Below are positions 1 to 10,878 of a stretch of DNA of 20,000 nt, in pieces. Location: the IMG/VR virus record IMGVR_UViG_3300028591_000115. One strand, written 5' to 3'. A program made the translations under genes and the position numbers. The stretch is from an uncultured virus (IMG/VR IMGVR_UViG_3300028591_000115). Taxonomy: Duplodnaviria; Heunggongvirae; Uroviricota; Caudoviricetes. The notes beneath the pieces are model-generated. The model did no database searches. It saw nothing but the letters and a program-made list of their open reading frames with translations, and was not told where the DNA came from. Position 1 is the stretch's first letter, and every line of letters starts with the position of its first letter.

Positions 1-47
1 TCACGAATAATAATATCATTATTAAAATCAGTTCCATAATACATCAT
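1..47 (-). CDS. 5' end of the next virion-module gene (partial; MMYYGTDFNNDIIIR...)
   Basis: ATG at 47 or 44 overlaps the TGA of the upstream gene (ATGA coupling). The frame stays open to the window edge. Confidence 0.5.
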   Translation of the reverse strand, partial: MMYYGTDFNNDIIIR

Positions 48-634
48 TCGTTTCCACCACCGATCGGCTCCCATGCATACTCATCACCATAATATTGATT
101 ATTGTATACATTGATCTGAGTCAATGCGCCGTAGCCAGAATTAGCTGTAACCTCCTCTGCTGCGGTTTGCTCAGGAATAGCACTTTGATTAATGGTAAGC
201 CAGTTAGACATAATATGTCCATCTAATGCTTTAAAACGACGTTTATACAAACGTTGGAAATGTATGTTTTCTCTATTGACTTCTGCCTTTAAATTTAAAA
301 GCTTCGCAAGATGATTAGCTTGCGAAGTAAATTTAAAATCTGAACCAGAATATTTCATTCTTGTATTTTCAACAGAAGCAATCTATCTATCCAACCAATT
401 CATTTTCATTAATATCGCAAGGATATTAATTTCTTCCTTGGTTAAATCAACATTATAAACTCCCTCTTCTTCATCATAATCATATGGTGCAAAACGAGGA
501 AATTCAAACTGAGGAATGGCATCAAGTAAATACTATTTTGCATCACGAATAGTGTCTTCTTCAGTAAGTTCCAAGTACATATCGTCGGTAATCTTACTAA
601 AGAACCTATCAATGATAGTATTAAATGACGTCAT
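44..634 (-). CDS. Putative head-completion/head-tail adaptor protein, 196 aa with TAG=Gln
   Basis: ATG at 634 with an AGGAGGA RBS at 641-647. ORF 44..358 extends through in-frame TAGs at 383 and 533 (MTSFNTIIDRFF...WLDR*IASVENTRMKYSG). Product inferred from its position downstream of the capsid gene. Confidence 0.7.
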
Positions 635-651
635 TTAACATCCTCCTTAGT

Positions 652-1242
652 TTATTTCTTTACGACATTATACTTAGGAGTTGTTCTGCGGCCACTTGTT
701 TCTTTAGCAGCTGCTGGCTGCACACGACGTCCAGGAGTTTTTTCAACATTCATTCCACTCTCTGTCTGTTCTTTAGCTGCAGCTTCTTCTGCCGCAAGTT
801 CTTCTTTATGCTTGAGTGCAAGCGCTACGTCAAACCCAGTCTTTTCCTTAATAGCTTTGATCTTACGAGTATCTGTAAGCGGAAGTTCAAGTGAATATTT
901 CTGAACTAAATCAAGAACGCCAGCTGGTGCGAAATCAAGACAATCCAGTAATGCATCGACTGAACCATTCTTTAGAAGATCAATAACTCCCTTGTCATCT
1001 AAATAATATTCAGGCTCTACGTTCATTGACATCTCTTCCACCGCGGCGGGATTCTCAATATACAAGTAATTCGCAATAATTTCTGGTCCGCCTGCCTGTT
1101 GACTTAAAGCATAAATCTCTTCAAGAGGAACTTGCTTGGCTGCTCCAGGCATAAATTCACGACGAACTCTTAAATCATCTACATTATATACGACTATAGA
1201 ATTACTTCTATTGCGTACTGTAATCATAGTTTTATTATCCAT
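652..1242 (-). CDS. Hypothetical virion-module protein, 196 aa
   Basis: Intact ORF with AAGGAG RBS and TAA stop, directly downstream of the major capsid gene. No in-frame TAG. Confidence 0.8.
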   Translation of the reverse strand: MDNKTMITVRNRSNSIVVYNVDDLRVRREFMPGAAKQVPLEEIYALSQQAGGPEIIANYLYIENPAAVEEMSMNVEPEYYLDDKGVIDLLKNGSVDALLDCLDFAPAGVLDLVQKYSLELPLTDTRKIKAIKEKTGFDVALALKHKEELAAEEAAAKEQTESGMNVEKTPGRRVQPAAAKETSGRRTTPKYNVVKK

Positions 1243-1271
1243 ATTAACTTTTTCTCCTTTTTCTCTATAGT

Positions 1272-1308
1272 AGAATAAGCGGGCGGCGTGTTATCACGCA
1301 CGCCCGCG
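1272..1308 (-). terminator. Probable intrinsic terminator/attenuator after the major capsid gene
   Basis: GCGGGCG-GCGTG/CACGC-A-CGCCCGC hairpin followed on the minus strand by TTATTCT. Confidence 0.6.
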
Positions 1309-1319
1309 ATCAATTTTTA

Positions 1320-2531
1320 TTAATCCTTAGTGTAGTAGGTCTTGCCATCTGCAAGCTCAACATCAGAGGTCTTTACATAAGATCCATTAACGAGTTCATA
1401 ATAGGTGCCAATATCTGCTACCTTAGGATTTGTTACTACAGTATAAGTGTCAGTAGTTGGAGTAGTAGAATTGCTCTGCTTATCACCAGTATAAACTGCA
1501 TACTGACCAGCAAGTTCAGTATCCTTATATACGCAAATATCAGGAGTCATTACGACACCAACGCCGACTTTCTTGTATACCTGAATTTCACGGCTACGAT
1601 CCTTGTTGACATATTCATCAACAATTGTAGAGCCTTCCATAACAACCTTAACTGGCTTTACATTACCTGGGAGGATATAGCAGAAACCTGGATCAATAAC
1701 CTTAGTGGTATGAGTAGCATCAGTGAAACCCTGTGGAAGAATATTAATCACATGATTCTTATAAGAAGCAAAGCGACCATTATTCCAAATGGTATCCTTC
1801 ATGCTATCAGACCAAGAAGCGTAAGTACCATTACCATTGCTTGGAAGAATCTTCTGAGCGAACTCTTCAGTACAATAAATGGTAGGAGTGCCATAAGCGG
1901 CAGAAATAGCGATCAAACGATCAAATGCCTTTTCATCGAAACCATTGGTTACAACAGTATTCAATGCAGGAAGCTGAGTAAGACCTTCCTTAAGGGCAGC
2001 ACCGATTTCCCAATGAATGAGTTCTTCGATACCTTCCATAACGATACGGGTCACTTCAGCAAAATCAGCACGGCCATCAAGGAACTCTTCAAGACCGATC
2101 TGAGCAGCACCACCGATAGCGCTAGTCTGTACTTCGATAGGTGTATCTTTACCAAGCTTGAATACTTCGTAGATACCAGCAAGACCAACTTTAGTGATGA
2201 ACTGCTTTGCGCGCTGACGATCATGTTTACGCCAGAAGATTGTAGAATTGCCCTGAGCAATAGTCTTTACCTCTGCGAACTTTTCAAACTCTTCCTCAAC
2301 TTTCTTAGGAAGAATATCATCCATAGTCTCTTCAATTAAAGAGAAAATGGTGTTCTTATTTTCACGATAAAGGGCGAAAGTACCAGCTAATTCGTTCATT
2401 TCAGAACGAAGGGTTTCATTAAGAGCATCATAGCTCAAATTTTCGCCATTGAATGAATAAGCAACAGGAGCAGAGCGGTCAGCTTTAGCAGTTGCCTTCA
2501 TCAATTTAAGAAGTTCATTTCTTTCTAACAT
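1320..2531 (-). CDS. Major capsid protein, 403 aa, with a short C-terminal appended domain
   Basis: Size, position (portal-protease/scaffold-decoration-capsid order), strong RBS and downstream hairpin fit a capsid gene. A Thr/Ser linker precedes a Tyr-rich C-terminal tail. No in-frame TAG. Confidence 0.8.
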   Translation of the reverse strand: MLERNELLKLMKATAKADRSAPVAYSFNGENLSYDALNETLRSEMNELAGTFALYRENKNTIFSLIEETMDDILPKKVEEEFEKFAEVKTIAQGNSTIFWRKHDRQRAKQFITKVGLAGIYEVFKLGKDTPIEVQTSAIGGAAQIGLEEFLDGRADFAEVTRIVMEGIEELIHWEIGAALKEGLTQLPALNTVVTNGFDEKAFDRLIAISAAYGTPTIYCTEEFAQKILPSNGNGTYASWSDSMKDTIWNNGRFASYKNHVINILPQGFTDATHTTKVIDPGFCYILPGNVKPVKVVMEGSTIVDEYVNKDRSREIQVYKKVGVGVVMTPDICVYKDTELAGQYAVYTGDKQSNSTTPTTDTYTVVTNPKVADIGTYYELVNGSYVKTSDVELADGKTYYTKD

Positions 2532-2554
2532 TGACTTTTTCTCTCCTTTCCTTA

Positions 2555-3361
2555 TTACTTAATTCTCATAACCTTGACTGCCTTCTGCATATCACCAAGG
2601 TTGTAGATCTTAACGACCTGCCACTGGAATGCAGCATTGGAAGCACCGGTAGCACTGAGATAACCATGAGCATTTGGAGTAAGAACAGATCCAAGTGTTA
2701 CGGTTGCATCAGCGATAGTATTAGTAGTAAAAATGTCACCTTCGTGAGTCTTAAATACACGAGGAACCATTAAGCCAGCCTTACCATTTCCATTTGGACG
2801 GTTTGGCTGTGCATATTCAGCCATCTGAGGAACATTAAGCTTCTCAACTTCATAGCTGTTTCCAATTGGATAATGATTACGACCATAATCTGGAGCAACT
2901 CCAGGAGCATTGCTATGACCATCGCCATAGATTTCAACCTGGCTCTGAATAGCCTTCATCATATCCCAATCAGCAGAACTAGCAAAACCATTAATTTTGG
3001 TACCATTGATGCCCTGAGCAGAACCCCAATCAGCAGAAGCTCCACCAACACCAACTGGACTATAAACGCGACCATTGTAGTCACGACGGATCATAGCGAA
3101 ATCCTGATCAGTTTCATGATCACGATATACCTTAACTTCATTGAAAACGAGCATCCATTCGCCAGGACCTGTAAAGTTTACTTCACCATTAGCATAGTCG
3201 TACTTAACGAACTGACCATTCTCAAGAATATCAATACTTGCAGCTACAGGTAACTGTGCATAAATTTCAGCAGTTCTCTGAGCACTGAGATGGTTAGGCT
3301 CGACCTGTCCGAAACCAAGTGTAACAAACTGAGCTTCTGGAGACAATCTTGTAAAAGCCAT
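2555..3361 (-). CDS. Putative capsid decoration/minor head protein, 268 aa
   Basis: Intact Gly-rich ORF with AGGAGG RBS between the scaffold and capsid genes. Function inferred from synteny. Confidence 0.6.
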   Translation of the reverse strand: MAFTRLSPEAQFVTLGFGQVEPNHLSAQRTAEIYAQLPVAASIDILENGQFVKYDYANGEVNFTGPGEWMLVFNEVKVYRDHETDQDFAMIRRDYNGRVYSPVGVGGASADWGSAQGINGTKINGFASSADWDMMKAIQSQVEIYGDGHSNAPGVAPDYGRNHYPIGNSYEVEKLNVPQMAEYAQPNRPNGNGKAGLMVPRVFKTHEGDIFTTNTIADATVTLGSVLTPNAHGYLSATGASNAAFQWQVVKIYNLGDMQKAVKVMRIK

Positions 3362-3384
3362 ACTTAGCTTCCTCCTTTATAAAA

Positions 3385-4716
3385 TTAGTTCATTTCTTTG
3401 GCGGTTTCACGCACGGCCTTAATCCAAGCAGGTGCGTTATCCTCACCATCATTACCATTTAATTCATAAATGGTAGGCTCTTTTTTGGAAGTATCCTTTT
3501 TATCGTCATCAAGGCTAAAAGAAACCTTGTTACGAACACAAATAATAGATAATTTAGCTTCGATATCATTGAGACTATAAGTGTCAATATTATCAATGCA
3601 ATCCTTCTTATCTTCATCAGAAAGCATATAGAAGCTATCAATCATATCTTGCTTTGCTTTACGATCAGCTTCAACTTTAAATGTACGAAGTGGTTCAACT
3701 TCAGCCTTTAAAGCTTCAAACTGTCTCTGGAGTTCAGTAAACTGAACAGCAAGATTCTTATAGAGATCAGATTCAGCGACTTCATCATCAGTTAAAGAAT
3801 GCTTACCAAATGGTGGCTTCTTCTTCTTATCTTCGTCATCTTCTTCTTCCTTCTTGTCGTCACCGGACTCAGGCTTCTTTTCATCTTCGCCGCCCTTATC
3901 CTCTTCATCCTTCTTTGGAGGGAATGGATTCTCTTTCTTTTCTTCCTTTTTGTCTTCTTCTTCCTTCTTCTTGAAGTCAACATCAGGGTTTTCCAAAGTA
4001 GGATCATTTACATTCTTGTTTTCTTCATTCATAGAAGTAAATCCTCCTTTGCTTAAAGCAGATTTAATATCCTCCATCAAGGAGAATAATTGGTTCTTGA
4101 AGTCGCCATCATACGAGAACTGTGCTGCAATACCCGCACCTTCAAAACAAGGTTCAACGTCTTCTCCAAGAATACAAAGCTTTTGTATCATTGCTTCATC
4201 AATTATGAAAAACTTTGGCAATCCTTTATCATCAAATGTCCAAGAGCCCTTCAAATTTTCTTCATTGAGTTCCATAGATTGATTATTTCCATGTTCTAAA
4301 ATTCTTTTAGATTCTGGATATAATGTTGTCCATAAATACCCCTCAGTTAATAAGTAAGTGCGTCTAACTTGATTGTCATCAATAAAGTCTTGGAACCAAA
4401 TCTTTGAACTAGAATCGACAAAGCCATAAGCCTTAGTTCTATCAACAATACGGAACTTACCATCGCCAACTTCAATACTACGGTTGTGACCAGAGAAATC
4501 TTCCTCTTTATTATCATAAAATCCAGCAATCGGGCAACCATGTAAAGTCTTTGCCATCTTAATAGCGGATTCTTTGTCAATCACACTATGATTGCGGTTC
4601 TCGCCAAGATAACAAACTTTAATATCACAATGGCTCAATAATGGATTATCTGACATTGGAGCCACATTAAGTAATTCAACCGTTCCATCAATCGGAACGC
4701 TAACATGTTTAGGCAC
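3385..4716 (-). CDS. Prohead protease-scaffold fusion, 443 aa
   Basis: GTG start with AAGGAG RBS. The N-terminal globular domain (NRNHS, QSMEL, LCILGEDVEPCFEGA) is followed by a K/E/D low-complexity tract and coiled coil typical of scaffolds. Confidence 0.75.
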   Translation of the reverse strand: MPKHVSVPIDGTVELLNVAPMSDNPLLSHCDIKVCYLGENRNHSVIDKESAIKMAKTLHGCPIAGFYDNKEEDFSGHNRSIEVGDGKFRIVDRTKAYGFVDSSSKIWFQDFIDDNQVRRTYLLTEGYLWTTLYPESKRILEHGNNQSMELNEENLKGSWTFDDKGLPKFFIIDEAMIQKLCILGEDVEPCFEGAGIAAQFSYDGDFKNQLFSLMEDIKSALSKGGFTSMNEENKNVNDPTLENPDVDFKKKEEEDKKEEKKENPFPPKKDEEDKGGEDEKKPESGDDKKEEEDDEDKKKKPPFGKHSLTDDEVAESDLYKNLAVQFTELQRQFEALKAEVEPLRTFKVEADRKAKQDMIDSFYMLSDEDKKDCIDNIDTYSLNDIEAKLSIICVRNKVSFSLDDDKKDTSKKEPTIYELNGNDGEDNAPAWIKAVRETAKEMN

Positions 4717-4721
4717 TTAAC

Positions 4722-6359
4722 TCACTCCTTTCCCGCAGCTTCACGGTTAGCTATAGTTTTATCAGATTTCTATTCATTGCTTTTTTCCGGTCTGCCCATT
4801 TTTTTATCCTCGGCCGCACCCTTAATCTAAGCCTAAGCTTTATTAGTAGCAGACTAAGCGTTTGATCCAGTCTTACCACCGAGTACATCCTCACCACGTA
4901 AAGTAGAACTCATGAGAGGCGGAATCATTAATTCTTGTAATTTCATTACATTATTCTCAAAATAAGCAGTAGCATAAATAGAACTTTGTGAATGTCCAAG
5001 AGCAATCTAAGGTAACACTTTGGAGAAACCAAGTTGTGTATGCTCTTTATATAACTTAGACAATTCTTTATAATTATTAATAGTAGTTTCAAGCATATTA
5101 AAATGCAAACACCACTTTTTATTTCCTGGGAACTTATTATTTAAGATCCTAGTAAATAACTCATCAAACTCAAAAATTAAATCTCTGATACTTGCTTCAT
5201 CAACAGCACTCGCTTTCTCAAGAGCAAGATTACTATTAGAGTTAAATAGGTTTTGAGAAACACCAGCTTCATTATAAACAGTGCGCTCAACTTTTTCAAG
5301 TTCATCTCTTGTTGCTGTAGTATTCTTATCAGCAAGATCGGCAACATCTACATCTGCAAACGTTGTCATAACATCTACGCCAATAGCACGCTTCAACATC
5401 TATACTGTATTATTATGAATATCTTTTGCTTCATCAACGTCAAATATCAAATCACCATTTTTATCTAATGGTAATTTTTGAATAATGACTTTTAATAACT
5501 TCTGCATCATCTTACGACGATCCAGATCTTGCGCTTCGTCCAAGTCCAATATCTTTGAAGTAACATTTACAAGCATTGGAACATCTTGTCCAGCAATATT
5601 AATCTTAAAAGCACAATCTGGATCTAACAACCACCATGTGCCCTCAGTATATCCATTCTTTGGATTGTTCAATTTGCCCTTCTTATAAGCAATATAAGCT
5701 TCAGAAAATTCTGAAGGATACATTTTTAAAACTCTTAAACGAGTTTCAATATCCGGAAATTGTTCATCAAAAAATCTTGGATTAAATTCTACTGCTGGTC
5801 TATTACCTACTTTGAACCGAGAGCGGCAATATGCAATTGGTAACTATTGGAATGTAAAGCCATTTGAGGTTTCTATAATATAGCCATAATAGCATCCATT
5901 AAGAATTACCTGCAATGCCACATCTTGGCACAACTTTTTCACTCCTGCATGATCAAAATAATCTAGAGCTTCAGAAAACTCCTTTAAAATTTTGTCATTC
6001 TTCTTTTCATTCTCCTCGATTACATAAGGAGTAATATACCAATCATATCTATAAAGACCGGCAAAATATTTAACCAATCTTTCATACATACCACTTACTT
6101 CAAAGAAGTAATTTGATATTTCTCTTAATAAAGGATAATCTTTTCTAGCCAATGCCGCAAGAACAGCCAATTTATTATAAGTTTTCTTGCTAGTCTTCTT
6201 AATGGCACCAAGATCTAATACAGCATCATCAAGTGTCTAGAAATAATTAACTTTTACTTTTCCATAATCTACTTGACTACCATAAATGTCATGAAGTTCT
6301 GGACGTTGGACTATTGAGAAGCCTTTGGAATGGATTAAATCCTAACGATTCTATTCCAA
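4722..6359 (-). CDS. Portal protein, 545 aa with TAG=Gln
   Basis: ORF fragments 5007..5399, 5400..5723 and 5844..6170 share one frame. In-frame TAGs lie at 4770, 4827, 4833, 4854, 5007, 5400, 5844, 6237, 6342 and 6351. TTG start 7 nt after AAGGAGG; TGA stop at 4722. Lies between terminase and protease. Confidence 0.8.
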
Positions 6360-6371
6360 GCCAATCCCTCC

Positions 6372-6737
6372 TTAATATCCAGCTTTTTCCATGATATAAT
6401 CATACGAAATTAAGTTTTCATCTGTATAAGGGATTTCGATTAGATTATATTCATTTAATGCGCAGAATCTGCGCTTATTTTTATCGTTGAACTATTGACG
6501 ATAGAAACCTTGCTTTCCACCATATTTACTGGAAGGTTCAAAATGTTGTTTTCCCTAATATTCAATTAAGAAATCCACATTACCATCATCATCAAACACG
6601 CAAAAGTCAAATCTTAATGGGCGACCATTTGGACTATTTAAACCTTCGAATGATTGCTCCATGGTGAAATTGAAGCCTGCATCGCGCAATATTTCTTCAA
6701 TCTTAATCTCTCCTCTTGAAGCTCGCAACTTTGACAC
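6372..6737 (-). CDS. PD-(D/E)xK / DUF559-Vsr-like endonuclease, about 121 aa with TAG=Gln
   Basis: Carries the motif LRFDF...LIEY*GKQH, then ND..KR.FC...LIEIPY. TAGs at 6555 and 6492; TAA stop at 6372. Confidence 0.8.
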
Positions 6738-6738
6738 C

Positions 6739-8469
6739 TCAATTCATAAATAACATATCGCTAAATCTTTTTTTATTACGTTTACGTTTTTTATCTTCTT
6801 CTAATTTTATCCAATACAGACCATATTCAAAAGCAGAAAATTTATCCTTTTTAATACCTTTATTTGCTTGCTTCAAAATGATATTAACACCTTCGTTTTC
6901 TTCACGAAGATTCATCATTTCTTCCTTTAATATGGAAGTCAAAGTAAATGGTTTAAGATATTCTGCCCGTTCTTCGGGCTTCATCTCTTGACCACGCTTG
7001 GTGGCCATTAACTTAATTTTTGCAACACGCTCATCAATTAACATCTTAACTCTGCCAGCTTGCATCATTGATTGTACATTACCATGTACTTCAGTATTAA
7101 TTGGCGCGTTAGCTTTAATTATCCATAAAGCATTTTCTTCACAAACCGCAGTTCTATATTTTTTATACTCGCCTTCTTCGTCATTATCAACACCAAAATC
7201 AGCAATAAGATCTCCAGTATCAGGATCAGTTTGACCTTTTACTAAATAATCAACTAAACCAATACCAAGACCGTTACCATCAATAACAACTTTTTTGGCT
7301 TTATATTTATAATATAATTTTTTAATACGAATACATTGTTCTTCAAAATGCATATCACTTAATGGATAGATATTGACTAAACTAATTAAAGCATTTCCCG
7401 CAGTTTGAGGATTAACCTTAAACACACAAATTACTGTATCACATCCACGTCTACCAACGTCGACAGAAAGTACATAATAAGCATTTTTTGTACTACGTCC
7501 AGAAAATTCATACTCTGGTTGCTTTAATATTCTATTATGATCAAATTGCTCTGCATTAAAGAATGCATCTTCTATTGTGCCGGACCAAACAGATTCATAT
7601 TCACGTTCAAATGAAGATTCATTAAACGTACCGTCCATTTTAAGATCTCTAATAAAGTTCTTATCGAGCAAATCCATTAAAACCGGAATTCTCCAAGTAC
7701 CACCCATGACCATCGCGCGATCAGGCTTTACAATCTCCCAACACAATAATTGAATTAATTTATCATAAGCGAATGTATTCTTCCAACCTGCTGTTGTAAC
7801 ATAAATCTATGATTTATTTAATACTTCATTATCATCTTTACCACCACACGCTGCACGTCTTGAAACGTTCATCGTAGGGATAATAACTTCATTAAGAATC
7901 GTTCCATCAATACCGACGCACTCCTCCATGAGTCCGCCATGGCGGCGTTGTCCTCTCGAAGTTTCACGAGCTGCTATATTGTCCAGCACTGACCCGTTCT
8001 TAAATATGTATCTAACATAATCTTTTCCCTCCATTGTCTTGCCGCGACGCCAATCAATCTCATCGCGCAATGGTGGGATTAAATGACATAATTCTTGCAC
8101 CTTAGCTTTAATAATACTTGATGCCTATTCCTTACCACCAGATGTAACAAATAATTTTGCTCCTGGATACAGTATACAGCGAATTATTAAAATTAATGCG
8201 GCCAAGAATGATTTTGAGTAAGCACGTGGGAATACTGCGTAAGTATATTTGTAACGCATTGCCGCACGTAAGAACACTCTCTAATAAAAGAATAAATGGA
8301 AATTTTCCGGATTATTCTTTTCAAGTAAAAAATCAACAAATAAATCTGGATACTCTCGCCAGAAAGAAACCCATTTACGAGCCACAGGTATGCAAGCCCG
8401 CACACGTTCTTCTGACAAACCAATTTTATCTACTCCAGTTTTTAAGTTGAGTAAATCCTAAAGCGCCAT
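6739..8469 (-). CDS. terL: Terminase large subunit, 576 aa with TAG=Gln
   Basis: One frame through TAGs at 7807, 8125, 8281 and 8458. Contains FY*R (adenine-binding Q motif), Walker A-like PRAYSKS, RGQRRHGGLMEE (Walker B region), VTTAG coupling motif, and RNase H-like LSVDVGR ... KDKFSA. Confidence 0.92.
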
Positions 8470-9650
8470 TATTCATCATCCTCTCCGAGGAGTTCACGAA
8501 TAGTAGCTTCATCTTCTTCTTGTTCACTTTCAACGAATTCATAATGTTTTAAGAAATCATTATCATTAAGAACTTCATCCTCAATTTCTTGTAGATCTAA
8601 ATCCTCAATCTCAGTAGTTTCAGAATCTTCTTCTTTTGCTTCTTCTCTTGCCATGGTTCTAACCGCGTTCTCAATAAGATTACCAAGATTCATTTCTTCA
8701 GTAACTAGCTTATGAGTATATCCACGAAGATCAGCAAGCGTTTCATCTACACGATCTTTTGGTTCATCTGTATAATATCTTGGAATAAAGTCTTCTCTTT
8801 CACACAACAGGATAAACTCGTCAATAGCGGAAACAAATTCTCCGCTCTCTGCTTTGTTCTGCGCAGCAGTAAATTTCGCAGACTTCATAAGCGTATCATA
8901 AACTTTAGACATTTTCTGAAATCCTTCAATGTCACCAAGATCAACTAACTAATGACACTTCAAAGAAGTCTTACAAATTAATTTTAAATAATCTTCATGA
9001 GCCGGGGTAACAATATCAAATGCCGCCATCATTTCTTGGTATAATTTCTCTAACTGAACCCACTCATATGGCCTATAAGCTTTTCCCCATTTAAGTGTAA
9101 GATACTTCTTATCTTCTTCAGTTAAATCATCATCAAAGAAATCTGGGGCATTTAAATCTATAGGAGCGGCACCTGTCTATTCGGCTTCCGCAGCTTTAAA
9201 ATCTTCCGGCTTTTCTGGCATAGTACCAGTTTGAATAGCATTTTCAATTTCTTCTCCGGTATAACCCTATCGCGCCATAACTTCAGCTTTCTTCGCATTC
9301 ATCTCTTCGCGCAATCTCTCGGTATCGGCCCAAGTATATGAACTAAATTGTTTCATACGCATCTTAGATAAATAACGACCAAGAATAGTCATACCAGTTG
9401 TCTTTCTTGGATCTTTAGCATAACGATCCAATAAAGTTGTCCATTCCTCTTCAATATAAGGAACGTCAATATCTTCCAGAATCCACAAATAAGTTTTAGG
9501 ATCCCAGTTATCTACGTGTCTAGTTAAACATTTTTTACATTCAGGTAAAAACCCATCAGGATATTTATCAGTTCTTTTTGTTTGGTAAAACTGATTTTCG
9601 TCCATTGTACGATTACACGTTTTACAATACAATGTTTTTCCATCGGCCAT
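8469..9650 (-). CDS. Zn-finger protein with acidic C-terminus (candidate terminase small subunit), 393 aa with TAG=Gln
   Basis: ORFs 9267..9650 and 8469..8912 join through TAGs at 9267, 9177 and 8949. N-terminal CKTC...CKKC. Its stop overlaps the terL start. The TerS role is inferred from position only. Confidence 0.7.
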
Positions 9651-9653
9651 TTG

Positions 9654-10724
9654 TTAGCACTCCTTTTTCTTGCTATTGCGGCACTTCTTACAAATACTAT
9701 AAAATCCATCTTTACTCGTTTTATTAATACTAAAGAATTTTGAATGAGCTAATTTAACTTCGCCACACCGGCTGCATTTCTTCCACTTACCTTTTTCTAC
9801 ATAAGTGAAATACCACATTATCCATTCGTCTTGTGCCTTTTGCGCAATTAGTTTTGGAATCTTATTCCGCCACAAACTGCTTATGTATTCTATTGAGTGC
9901 GTAAATTGGAACTCTTGTTCAAGTAATGCTTGTATTTCTACGTTCTGTAATCGTTCTTGTTTATACTGAACTATGCGTCTATACATCGGAAAATCCGCTA
10001 ATGCTCTTTCTACCAGCGGCGTAAAATCCTAAATCATATACCATGTATCGCCTTCGAAATTACCTTCAGATCGTCCTTTTAATAAGGGATACAATTGAAG
10101 AATTTCGTTTATAACTCGATAATCACAGAATGAAACACCTTCATATTTAATTACAGCATTATCATTGTCATCATATTCTATCCATTCATTCCAAGGTAAT
10201 GGTGGGAACGTTTTCATACCTCTCGATAATTTAGTGAATACAATGGGACGCTTGTAAGCATTTTTTACAACATATTGGTCTTTCCGCAATTCAATTAGCG
10301 TACTTTTTATTATATACGCCGCACGTCCGGTTGCAGTCTTTTGTAACCTTTCCCAGAATTCAATACTTTCTCTGAGACGTTTTAACTACGGTATATCTTC
10401 TATGTCTTGCTTTGTGATAGTAACTTTAGGTTGAAAAATTGTATTTTTTCCATTATCAGTAATTAAATTGTAAATTCCATCTTCACCGTTCTCTAATTGA
10501 CTGACCAGACCTTCATAAGAAATTTCTCGTTTATTAATCGTTGCTAAACGATTTTCAGTAAGAATTTTCTTCTCCTTTTTCTCTTGTTTCTCCATACAAA
10601 GAACCAAGTAATCCGCTAGAGCCTCTAGATACTACTCGCTTGGGTCGGGTACTTCTAACAAGATCTATTCTACTAGTTTGCGTCTTTCTTCTGGAGAATC
10701 AATAGTATAATCTAATTGAATTAT
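9654..10724 (-). CDS. Putative sigma-like/HTH transcription regulator with C-terminal Zn finger, about 356 aa with TAG=Gln
   Basis: Three ORF fragments join through TAGs at 10029, 10386, 10632 and 10665. Has an HTH-like segment (NVEIQALLEQEF..HSIEYISSLW) and CSRC...CKKC. Start is uncertain (ATA at 10724, 9 nt after AGGAG). Confidence 0.65.
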
Positions 10725-10772
10725 ACCAATCAACTCCTTATAATGGTCTATTTGTCCCCACTTACTACACTC

Positions 10773-10801
10773 ATTATACTAAAAAATTTTATGCAAGTCA
10801 A
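10773..10801 (-). promoter_or_regulatory. sigma-A-type promoter for the recoded head/packaging operon
   Basis: TTGACT-17 bp-TATAAT on the minus strand. Confidence 0.8.
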
Positions 10802-10820
10802 CGACGTTTTTTGCCCAAAG

Positions 10821-10849
10821 TTGAAAAATATAAAAATTTATAATATAAT
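10821..10849 (+). promoter_or_regulatory. Divergent sigma-A-type promoter
   Basis: TTGAAA-17 bp-TATAAT. Confidence 0.7.
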
Positions 10850-10878
10850 TATTATGTAAAAAAAAGAGGTGTATAAAA

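Noticed and set aside
3810..3980. TTC/TCTTC low-complexity repeats
   Set aside because: They encode the K/E/D-rich scaffold linker and are not an independent repeat element.
625..8948. Plus-strand ORFs such as 1710..2339, 2873..3253 and 3854..4282
   Set aside because: These are antisense shadows of the minus-strand structural genes, with no RBS and implausible composition.
4722..10724. Degraded prophage or pseudogenes (fragmented portal and terminase)
   Set aside because: All interruptions are TAG, in frame, with no frameshifts or internal TAA/TGA, and several fall at conserved Gln positions. Recoding explains this better.
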